Source: an uncultured Coriobacteriia bacterium (GTDB lineage: Bacteria > Actinomycetota > Coriobacteriia > Anaerosomatales > PALSA-660). From it: DNA of 64,000 nucleotides. The notes beneath the pieces are model-generated. The model saw nothing but the letters and a program-made list of their open reading frames with translations, was not told the origin of the DNA and did not search any database. The stretch is taken from contig CAIKZH010000156.1 in the NCBI GenBank assembly GCA_903831865.1, forward strand, positions 867 through 64,866, written 5' to 3'. Of this stretch, positions 18,598-25,756 are shown piece after piece (position 1 is the stretch's first letter; each line of letters opens with the position of its first letter). The translations under genes were made by a program, and so were the position numbers.

Positions 18598-19722
18598 ATG
18601 TCTGACGGGTCGAGTTCGGATCAGGGCGGGACGGGCAACGGCGGCGACGACGTGCGAGTCACTCCCGCGCAGAGGGTTGCCAGCAATTGCGCGGGGCAGC
18701 CTGAAGCGGAGCCGTTGCTTGCCGGTTCTGAAGGCGCCGCGGAGGAGGCCGGTGCCCAATCGATTTCGCAGGATCCGTCCGCGTCAGATCTCTCTGTCGG
18801 GCGCTCGCCCGACCAGCCCCGCTGGGGTCGTGTTGGGCGACGCTGGAGGACCCTCGCGGTGGTGGCCGCTGTTCTCCTGATCGTCACGGCGGGGGCCGCG
18901 GCGCTCAGACTGTCCAGAGGGGACGCTCGTGGCACCGTCGTCAGCCTGACCCGCGGCACTCCGATCCCGGGTGCCTCGATCCAGAGCCCCTCTGGGTCCG
19001 TGGTCTCCGATCGGTTCGGACGATTCGCCGTTCCGGGCCTTCCCGTGGGAAGCAACGCCGTGACGGTGGCCGTTCCCGGTTTCGAGCCCTTCACGGCAAC
19101 GCTGACCGTGTCGTCCGTCAACACGATCAGGAATCGGATCATCCTTCGCGACGCAACGCTGAAGGGCGCGCTGGCCGAAGTTGCCGCAGAGCCCCAAACC
19201 GTCACATCGGCGACCGTCCAGGTGGGCCCGGCCACTGCGACCGTCGGTCCGGACGGCGAGTTCGAGATCAAGGGCCTGCGCCCAGGCTTGGTGGTCGTGC
19301 GAGCCTCCGGGCCCGGCCACGAACTGACCGAGACGACGCTCACGCTCTCCCCCGGCGGGAATGAAGCCACCGCGGCAATCTGGCTCACACCCGCGGAAAC
19401 GTACCGTCGCTACTCCGAGACATTGGCGTTCGGGCACTGGGCCATTGCCTACTCGTATCTGCATCCCGATGCACGCAGGACCCTCTCCCTGAGCGCGTTC
19501 ACCAAGCTTGGACAGCAAGGCGGAACGACGATCTCGGTGACCATTGGCAAGACGAGGATGGTCGCACACTGGCGGTCTCCGTACACCAAGAGGAGATACG
19601 ACAACGTCGCGCTGGTCGACCGAACGCTCATCTACCAGGTGTTGGGGACTCGGTACACCGACAACTACTCGCAGCATTGGGTGAATCTCGGCGGCCTCTG
19701 GTTCTTCGTCCTCTCCGGCTAG
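18598..19722 (+). CDS. Membrane-anchored protein with two carboxypeptidase-regulatory-like domains
   Basis: ORF 18571..19722 trimmed to ATG 18598 (G-run upstream). TM helix WRTLAVVAAVLLIVTAGAAAL. Two G.V.....P..GA.V......SD..G.F...GLP.G blocks. C-terminal NTF2-like region. Confidence 0.6.
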   Translation: MSDGSSSDQGGTGNGGDDVRVTPAQRVASNCAGQPEAEPLLAGSEGAAEEAGAQSISQDPSASDLSVGRSPDQPRWGRVGRRWRTLAVVAAVLLIVTAGAAALRLSRGDARGTVVSLTRGTPIPGASIQSPSGSVVSDRFGRFAVPGLPVGSNAVTVAVPGFEPFTATLTVSSVNTIRNRIILRDATLKGALAEVAAEPQTVTSATVQVGPATATVGPDGEFEIKGLRPGLVVVRASGPGHELTETTLTLSPGGNEATAAIWLTPAETYRRYSETLAFGHWAIAYSYLHPDARRTLSLSAFTKLGQQGGTTISVTIGKTRMVAHWRSPYTKRRYDNVALVDRTLIYQVLGTRYTDNYSQHWVNLGGLWFFVLSG

Positions 19723-19755
19723 CGCGTCCGGAGCGGAAGGCCATCGTTCCGTCTA

Positions 19756-19784
19756 GGCACACTCCGGGCACACTCTAGGCACAC
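19756..19784 (+). repeat. Three GGCACAC heptamers at 11-bp phasing (candidate arm-type recombinase sites)
   Basis: GGCACAC at 19756, 19767 and 19778 (GGCACACtccgGGCACACtctaGGCACAC). Confidence 0.6.
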
Positions 19785-19899
19785 AACGCCACGCAGGGCA
19801 CCGGAGCGCCCTTGTACCAGATGAAATGAACACCGGCCACGACCTGCACAGGAGGCAACTGGACGACGCACGCCGACAAGCGCCGCCACGGCCATGGCC

Positions 19900-19947
19900 G
19901 GATTCCTAAACCATGTGCCGCAGGTTCGAATCCTGCCGGGGGCACCA
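19900..19947 (+). other. 3' fragment of a tRNA-Arg(CCT)-like gene (anticodon loop to CCA); att-core remnant
   Basis: TTCCTAA loop, ACCAT, GTGCC, T-arm GCAGG-TTCGAAT-CCTGC, acceptor CGGGGGC, then A-CCA. No complementary 5' acceptor strand (GCCCCCG), D-arm or 5' anticodon stem lies upstream. Confidence 0.6.
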
Positions 19948-20008
19948 CGCCTGACCTGCTGTTTCTCCGGAATCAGGCTCCGGATTCGAGGCCCGAGACG
20001 CCCCTTCA

Positions 20009-20026
20009 GGCACACTCCGGGCACAC
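20009..20026 (+). repeat. Two more GGCACAC heptamers at 11-bp phasing
   Basis: AGGCACACTCCGGGCACAC (20008-20026) is identical to 19755-19773. Confidence 0.6.
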
Positions 20027-20038
20027 AACACGCTGCAT

Positions 20039-20355
20039 CTAAACGGCGCTGGACGCCTCCTTGCGCAGTTCAGCGCGCGCAACAGCACGAGCATCGGCGA
20101 CCTTCCTGAGCGTGTCGCCGTCCAAGGGCAGAGCGCGCCTGCTCGAAAGCCGACTTCGGCTCGCGGAAGACGAGGCCTGTGCTCGGCTCCTGCAGCGTGC
20201 GATCGACATTGAGAACCTTCTCTCCGTCCGAGTCCCGCGTTGGCCGCGAGCAGGAGCGTCGCATAGACGCCGGGCAGTCGCTCGCCGACCTGAAGGCGCT
20301 GAGGTAGGCGAAGACGCTCCAAGCAGGCGTACTCTGTGCATGTGGCGCACACACG
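20039..20355 (-). pseudogene. Tyrosine-integrase central fragment, multiply frameshifted and truncated
   Basis: Three frames together read ...LPGVYATLLLAANAGL(R)RE / SDGEKVLNVDRTLQEPSTGLVFREPKS / SRRALPLDGDTLRKVADARAVARAELRKEA. This resembles the box-I Arg region through the KT..S.R region of phage-type integrases. The N-terminal domain and the H-x-x-R...Y catalytic half are absent. Confidence 0.4.
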
Positions 20356-20456
20356 CGGTCCGAAGTGAATCGCAGTCGACCTGCATGGCCACTGCCAGTG
20401 ACGACTTCGCGGCGGCTGGGGGGTGAAGACGCGTGGACGGCAAGTTCCGGGTCCCC

Positions 20457-20783
20457 ATGACGCTGATGCTGCTCGGCTCGATCTCCTGCATCGTCCTGAC
20501 AGTCGGGTTCGTCCTTGGGGGCGCGTTGGCCTCGATGCCCGCTGGGATCCTCGCCGTCATCTTCGCTGCGGCCGGGGGTCTCATCCTGGCGTCCGGTGTG
20601 AGTTGACTTCGCCTCTGCGGACCGGCCGTCGGCCAGGTCGTGCGGTTCGGTCTCCTCGTGCTCTTCGCTGTGATCGTCTTCTGGCGGATCGGCCCCGCCC
20701 CGGCGTCAGCGCTCGCCGTCGAGGCGCTCGTCGCCGGCATTCTGGCGATCGCCGCGTTTCGCACGCGGGAGGCATGTTCCTGA
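20457..20783 (+). CDS. Small multi-pass membrane protein interrupted by an in-frame TGA (or two separate 49/47-aa ORFs)
   Basis: ORFs 20457..20606 (MTLMLLGSISCIVLTVGFVLGG...) and 20640..20783 are hydrophobic, share a frame and have high G/C third positions. They fall below the 60-aa ORF-track cutoff. The RBS is weak. Confidence 0.3.
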
Positions 20784-20966
20784 CCGAGGTGTCGAGCGGA
20801 CGACGCAGGCTGGTGCCCACGTGAGCGCGTGCCATCCTGCTCAGGCGCAACGCGGCGGACAGGTGGAGCGAGAGGCGGGCGGGTGTTCGACTGCTGACGA
20901 GCCGCCGCCCCGCAGGGCGGTTCAGGGTACGTTCCTTCTCATCGACCGCAGAGACAGGAGCCTCTC

Positions 20967-21329
20967 GTGCCCGCGAACGCTGTCGACACCTATCTGACCG
21001 GCGTGCCCGAAGAGAAGCGTGCGGTGCTCGAAACGGTGCGTGAGCGCATCCGAGCCATCGTTCCGGATGCCGAGGAGACCATCAGTTACGGCCTCCCAGC
21101 GTTCCGAGTCGAGGGCAAGGTCGTCATCGGCTTCAAGGCGAACAGGGATGACTACTCGATCTACCCGTTCAGCGGAGGGGCGGCGGAACGCTTCCCTGAG
21201 GAGCTGACGGGACGAACCGTCACATCAGGCTCGATCCACTTCACCCCCGAGGATCCGATCTCCGATGACCTGCTCCGGCGCATCATCGAGTGGCGGATCC
21301 AGGCGAACCGCGAGCGAACCGGTCACTGA
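20967..21329 (+). CDS. DUF1801 (YdhG-like) domain protein
   Basis: 120 aa. VDTYL..VPEEKR..LE.VRE.IR...PDAEE.ISYG.PAF...GK is the typical family pattern. Confidence 0.8.
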   Translation: MPANAVDTYLTGVPEEKRAVLETVRERIRAIVPDAEETISYGLPAFRVEGKVVIGFKANRDDYSIYPFSGGAAERFPEELTGRTVTSGSIHFTPEDPISDDLLRRIIEWRIQANRERTGH

Positions 21330-21440
21330 GGGGGTCAACCTGACAGCCGCACGCTAGACTGACCTGAAGCCGTCGGGGCCGCAGGTCGCGCCCCGGACGG
21401 TTGGCGCGCTTCGGGGAGCACCCGGCCAGGGAGGTGCGGA

Positions 21441-22115
21441 ATGGCTCTCATCCTTCAGTCCATCGCTGGCTTCGCATTCCTGATGTTCGTCATGGGAGCG
21501 GCACTGTTCCTGTCAGCCGGTTCGTTCGCCTTCTGGCAGGCTTGGCTGTACCTCGCCGTCTTCGGCGGTTGCACCATCCTGATCACGATCTACCTTGCGC
21601 TGTACGACCGGGACCTGCTCGCGGGCCGTGTGCAGGTGGGACCTGTGGCGGAGACGAGACCGGCGCAGAAGGTCATCCAGTCGCTGGCGAGTCTGTTCTT
21701 CGTCGCCGTGTACGTCGTCTCGGGTCTGGACCGCCGTTTCGCGTGGTCCCATGTCCTGGCCGCGGTCAGCGTCGTCTGCGAGCTCATGGTGGCCGTGGGC
21801 TTCCTCGTCGTGTTCCTCACGTTCCGCGAAAATCGCTACACGCGCTCGACGATCGAGGTCTCCGCAGGCCAGACGCTCGTGTCCACCGGGCCCTACCGTT
21901 GGGTGCGCCACCCCATGTATTCCGGCGCGCTCCTCCTGCTTCTGTTCACGCCACCGGCACTCGGCTCGATGGTCGCCGTGCCGCTGGTCCTCCCGCTGGC
22001 GGCGGTCCTCGTCGCGCGGATCGGGGATGAGGAGCACGTTCTCTCGGACACGCTCGAGGGCTATCGGGATTACCGGGAGACGGTCCGCTACCGCCTCATC
22101 CCCTTCGTCTGGTAG
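21441..22115 (+). CDS. Isoprenylcysteine carboxyl methyltransferase (ICMT/PEMT) family membrane methyltransferase
   Basis: 224 aa and multi-pass. LVSTGPYRWVRHPMYSGALLLLL is the family signature. Confidence 0.8.
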   Translation: MALILQSIAGFAFLMFVMGAALFLSAGSFAFWQAWLYLAVFGGCTILITIYLALYDRDLLAGRVQVGPVAETRPAQKVIQSLASLFFVAVYVVSGLDRRFAWSHVLAAVSVVCELMVAVGFLVVFLTFRENRYTRSTIEVSAGQTLVSTGPYRWVRHPMYSGALLLLLFTPPALGSMVAVPLVLPLAAVLVARIGDEEHVLSDTLEGYRDYRETVRYRLIPFVW

Positions 22116-22382
22116 ACGCCGGGGCGCCCAACAATGGCGTCCGGACACACAACTCTTCGCCTTATGCCGGAGCCGAGCATGCTGTCGCGGTCCTCGGTGG
22201 TGACGAACTGGATGACGGAAGCCCCCGGCGATCGCGCGGCCAGGACCCGGGACGAGAACCCCGCGAGCCGTCTTCCCTCCGCTCGCGGCGCGGTGCCGGA
22301 GTGCGCCAAGGGTATCTTCTGCTGTGGTTCGTGGCGATGGATGCAGTGACGGGATCGGGCCGTCTTCGCAGGAGGAGAACCG

Positions 22383-22961
22383 ATGAGACGCTATGTGAGT
22401 TCCCGCAGGCTTGTGATCGGCGCGGCGCTCGTCGCCTCTCTTGCTCTGGCAGGGTGTGGAGCGCCGACGACGCCGGCATCCCGATCGACCACGCCGGGCA
22501 GCGCACCGAAGACTGGCTCGAGCAGCCCCGCGACTGCGCCGTCCGCGCCAGCGGCGGTGAGCTCTATGAACGTGATCACGCAGGCAGAGGCCAGTGCTGC
22601 GCTCGGGCAGACGGTGAGAGCGGCGGTGCCCGGAAAGGCCACGGTGGAGGGCGGCGTCGCCGCCGTCTTCTACGGACCTTCCGTTGCCGTGGGGACCAAC
22701 CCCGACGTGCCGGTGCCGAACAGTGTGCGGGTCGTCCTCGTCACGGGACCGAGGGCGCAGTTCTACTTCAACGACTACCGCAGCAAGGTCCACGCGGTGT
22801 CACTTTCAGGTCTCGGCGATAAGGCCTACTACGACGGCTATGCGTCGGTGAGCGTCTTGAAGGGCGATGCCTACATCCGGATCGCCGTCGCGGGCCCGAA
22901 GGGGATATCCGAGACGGCCGAGAAGATGCTGGCCGCCGATGCTCTGCCCAGGATGCCATAG
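22383..22961 (+). CDS. Lipoprotein (hypothetical)
   Basis: Signal peptide with lipobox LALAGC. Ser/Pro/Thr-rich linker. No family recognised. Confidence 0.65.
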   Translation: MRRYVSSRRLVIGAALVASLALAGCGAPTTPASRSTTPGSAPKTGSSSPATAPSAPAAVSSMNVITQAEASAALGQTVRAAVPGKATVEGGVAAVFYGPSVAVGTNPDVPVPNSVRVVLVTGPRAQFYFNDYRSKVHAVSLSGLGDKAYYDGYASVSVLKGDAYIRIAVAGPKGISETAEKMLAADALPRMP

Positions 22962-22988
22962 GCGAAGATGGCGGCTGGGGCGCCGCAC

Positions 22989-23016
22989 GAGAGCGTAGCG
23001 CTTCCGCAGTCCGCTG
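22989..23016 (+). repeat. 28-bp direct repeat, left copy
   Basis: GAGAGCGTAGCGCTTCCGCAGTCCGCTG matches 24962-24989 at 26 of 28 positions. Confidence 0.7.
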
Positions 23017-23026
23017 AAAGCGCCCG

Positions 23027-23551
23027 TCAGACCCCTCGCTCGGGTGCGGGCGCGCCAGAGCCGCTGCTGCCCGCTTTGCCCCTGGTCTCGGATAGCCGCC
23101 GAATGGCAGCCGTCACGTCATCTGCGTGACCTTCGATCGCGACCGCGGGCCAGACCGCGGCCACCTTCCCGGCCGGGTCGATCAGGAACGTGCTCCGCTT
23201 GGCGACGATCCCGAGAACCCCGCGCGCGCCGTAGTCTTCGATGACCTTCTTCGCCGTGTCGGGGACCATCGGGAAGGTCAGAGAGAATGCGTCGATGAAC
23301 GACTGCTGCCTCTCGGCCGGATCTGCGCTCACGCCCACCACGAGGGCGTTCAGCGACTCCAGTTCGGCCACGTGGGCCTGGAAGTCCGCTGCCTCGTGAC
23401 ATCAACCGGGTGTATTGGCCCGAACGTAGAAGAACACGACCACCCACTTGCCGCGCTGCTTTGAGAGGACGAATCGACCGCCTCCGGTCGTGTCAGCGTC
23501 GATCTCAGGTGCCGGGGCCCCGACGCTCGGCATCGGTGGGTGCGTTGGCAT
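23027..23551 (-). CDS. Bcp-type peroxiredoxin with in-frame TGA at the peroxidatic Cys position (candidate selenoprotein)
   Basis: ORFs 23402..23584 and 23027..23371 share a frame and are separated only by TGA 23402-23404. Joined they read VVVFFYVRANTPG-[TGA]-CHEAADF...LNALVVGVSAD...RSTFLIDPAGKV, colinear with Bcp (FYPK..TPGCT.QAC...VLGVS.D). Start set at ATG 23551 (GAGGAGAC upstream). Confidence 0.6.
23351..23391 (-). promoter_or_regulatory. SECIS-like hairpin 10 nt downstream of the in-frame UGA
   Basis: CAGC-G-GACT(T)CCAG-GCC-[CACGU]-GGC-(CGAA)-CUGGAGUC-GCUG gives about 15 bp with bulges. The apical loop starts 27 nt after the UGA. Confidence 0.4.
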
Positions 23552-23587
23552 GACGGTCTCCTCGGTGTGGGGGCGGATCGACACGGA

Positions 23588-24361
23588 TTATGCCCGCGGG
23601 GGCTGCGCATCAGTGGACGCCGGCGCGCTCCTGCCGGCCGTCGACCCGGGCGCCGACCTCCCGAACACGACACAGAGAAGCGCGCCGACGACTGAGAGCG
23701 TCAGCCACACGATGGAGATGACCGTGACCTCGAACCGGTACTCGAGGTTCAGGCCGAAGAACGCGGACATGCCGACGAACAAGACGATGACGAGCGCCGA
23801 GGAGACGAAGAGCACCCAGCGGGTGGCGCGCTCAAGACGCGACGAACCGAGCGCCAGTGCCAGGAACAGGAAGGCGACCCCCGCCACGAGGAAGCCGAGC
23901 TCCTCAAGTGCGATGAACACGCCGTGCGGGTTGTACTGCGACAGGATCGCCAGACCGTCGACCTCACCCCTGACCAGAGCGGGCTGCACCGTGCGCAGCT
24001 GGATGAAGTAGTCGGTCGCGATGACGACGAAGGAAGCCGTCGCCAGACTCGATCCGATGGTGCCGAAGAGCCGCTCTCCCGCCTCCCGGCGCTCCCGAAC
24101 GCAGGCCGCCAGCACAACGAACGACAGCATCATCAGAAGTGCCGGATACATCCAGAGGAAGTCGCCGGGGACGAAGCGCGCTGCCGCCGAGTAGGGATAG
24201 GCGATCGCCACGCCCGGGGCCACGAACGGTCCGGTCCGGGGTGGCGTCGCGGCGGCGACTGCGAACGACACCGCGGCAAGGGCGGCGGTTGCGGCGGCAG
24301 ACCACGCGCCGACGCGGCGCACGACGGTCTCGTGGGACATCTCACTCGTCTGATCGCTCAT
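23588..24361 (-). CDS. Integral membrane protein (hypothetical)
   Basis: 257 aa with about six hydrophobic helices. Same strand as the peroxiredoxin and immediately upstream of it. Confidence 0.65.
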   Translation of the reverse strand: MSDQTSEMSHETVVRRVGAWSAAATAALAAVSFAVAAATPPRTGPFVAPGVAIAYPYSAAARFVPGDFLWMYPALLMMLSFVVLAACVRERREAGERLFGTIGSSLATASFVVIATDYFIQLRTVQPALVRGEVDGLAILSQYNPHGVFIALEELGFLVAGVAFLFLALALGSSRLERATRWVLFVSSALVIVLFVGMSAFFGLNLEYRFEVTVISIVWLTLSVVGALLCVVFGRSAPGSTAGRSAPASTDAQPPRA

Positions 24362-24466
24362 CCATACCCCCGGTTGTGCCAGGCGTTTCCGGACTGAGCG
24401 ACAAGCATGGCGCAGTCCGCCTTGAAGCGGCTTTTCGGCGGGACGGATCCGACACCACGATGCCGA

Positions 24467-24862
24467 CTACAGTCCCGTCGAGTTGCCCATCACCAAGAGA
24501 ACGGCTCCGATGAACGGCGCGGCGATGGCTCCGAGCAAGCCCCAGGAGGCCGCCTCAACCGCAGTGGAGCCACGCTGATAGCGCCAAAGGAACACGCCCG
24601 ACCAAGCGGCAACGGCCCACGGCACAGCGGCGACCTCGAACACCGTGGTGGACGACCAGTCAGGGGAGAAGGTCGATACCGCGGTGATCGTCACCAGCGC
24701 GATCGCGACTGCCCCGACGAAGACGACCATCGGTGAGACCTTGCCAAGATGGCGTCCTTGGCGCTCTCGGATCGCGACAAGAACCGCCGCCACCGGCAGC
24801 GCCAGGACGGACAAGGCCAGGATCGCGGACACTGCATAGCCAAGCCACACCTCTGGATCCAA
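24467..24862 (-). CDS. Integral membrane protein (hypothetical)
   Basis: 131 aa with four hydrophobic helices. TTG start with GAGGAG 9 nt upstream. Confidence 0.55.
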   Translation of the reverse strand: MDPEVWLGYAVSAILALSVLALPVAAVLVAIRERQGRHLGKVSPMVVFVGAVAIALVTITAVSTFSPDWSSTTVFEVAAVPWAVAAWSGVFLWRYQRGSTAVEAASWGLLGAIAAPFIGAVLLVMGNSTGL

Positions 24863-24961
24863 TGCGCGGCACTCCTCTCATCCCCGCGGGCTGCGCCGGT
24901 ACCAACCGAGACGCTGCTCTGCCGAACGTTCGGCGAATCACCGACCGACCGTGTGCTTGGA

Positions 24962-24989
24962 GAGAGCGTAGCGCTTCCTCAGCCCGCTG
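24962..24989 (+). repeat. 28-bp direct repeat, right copy
   Basis: GAGAGCGTAGCGCTTCCTCAGCCCGCTG. See 22989-23016. Confidence 0.7.
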
Positions 24990-25047
24990 GCTCCTCCGGC
25001 ACTCGTTTCCGAGCCAGCAGCCTTGACGCGCCGGGCGTCATCGCCAG

Positions 25048-25105
25048 TTGCGGCCGGCGCCTGCCATTTGCATACTAAGCGTCTGTATGCTAAGTTTTCG
25101 CATAC
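25048..25105 (+). promoter_or_regulatory. Candidate promoter plus interlocked inverted repeats upstream of the MarR/ABC operon
   Basis: TTGCGG (25048-25053), a 17-nt spacer, then CATACT (25071-25076). GCATAC-N9-GTATGC-N9-GCATAC spans 25070-25105. Confidence 0.4.
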
Positions 25106-25157
25106 GAAACCCACCGCCGCGCTGGCCTACCACGGCGCGAAGGAAGCAGAGACCCAC

Positions 25158-25715
25158 GTGAACTCGGACTCGCATCACCTGCATGACTTGCAAGGTCACC
25201 CGCGCGGACCGCACGGCCACCCGCACCCGCCGATGCTTGACGAGGACTTCGACGACGTGGACCCACTGTCTTCGAAGGTCCTGTCGGCGCTGCGCAAGAT
25301 GATGCACGTCAACCGCCAGATCCTCCTGCGCGTGATGGCCGCCGAACAGGGCGGTCGTCCGGGGCGCGCGGGCGTGTTGCGCGTGCTGACGAAGCACGAG
25401 GGGATCAGCCAGCGCGAGCTTGCGGACCTGCTGCACCTCTCTCCGCCGACGGTCACGACGATGCTGCAGAAGATGGAGCAGGACTCACTGATCGAGCGGT
25501 GGACCGACGAGACGGACCAGCGGCTGACGCGCATCCAGCTCACCGAAGAGGGCCGCCGGCAATCCGACCGGCTGAGCGCGGGCTTCGCGCAGTACGTCGC
25601 CTGCACGATCGGTTCGATGCACGAGGCCGACCGGACAGAGCTGGCTCGCCTGCTCGACATCCTTGCCGACAACACCGCTGCGGCGCTCAAGAAGCTCAAC
25701 GAGCCCGCCGGCTGA
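25158..25715 (+). CDS. MarR-family transcriptional regulator with His-rich N-terminus
   Basis: ORF 25023..25715 trimmed to GTG 25158. wHTH block GISQRELADLLHLSPPTVTTMLQKMEQDSLIERW.DE.DQR. N-terminus HHLHDLQGHPRGPHGHPHPP. Confidence 0.8.
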   Translation: MNSDSHHLHDLQGHPRGPHGHPHPPMLDEDFDDVDPLSSKVLSALRKMMHVNRQILLRVMAAEQGGRPGRAGVLRVLTKHEGISQRELADLLHLSPPTVTTMLQKMEQDSLIERWTDETDQRLTRIQLTEEGRRQSDRLSAGFAQYVACTIGSMHEADRTELARLLDILADNTAAALKKLNEPAG

Positions 25716-25756
25716 ACCTCACTCCTCGACCGCGACCCGCTTAAAGGACACAACCG

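Noticed and set aside
19871-19947. Attempt to fold a complete tRNA ending at the CCA at 19947.
   Set aside because: The 5' acceptor complement GCCCCCG is absent. The best candidate (GCCGCCA at 19882) pairs at 5 of 7 positions and leaves too few nucleotides for a D-arm. The 5' anticodon stem pairs at only 2 of 5 positions. Only the 3' portion is tRNA-like.
20423-20824. 133-aa + strand ORF 20423..20824 and the 241-aa minus-strand ORF 20039..20764.
   Set aside because: Both translate to Arg/Pro-rich low-complexity sequence. A different + frame in the same region encodes hydrophobic, codon-biased mini-ORFs. Only the 3' end of the minus-strand ORF contributes to the integrase fragment.
23371-23404. 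Reading the split peroxiredoxin as a simple nonsense pseudogene.
   Set aside because: Not fully excluded. However, the stop is TGA, it sits exactly at the catalytic Cys codon, both halves keep frame and coding bias, and a hairpin follows at SECIS-compatible spacing. The selenoprotein reading is therefore favoured.
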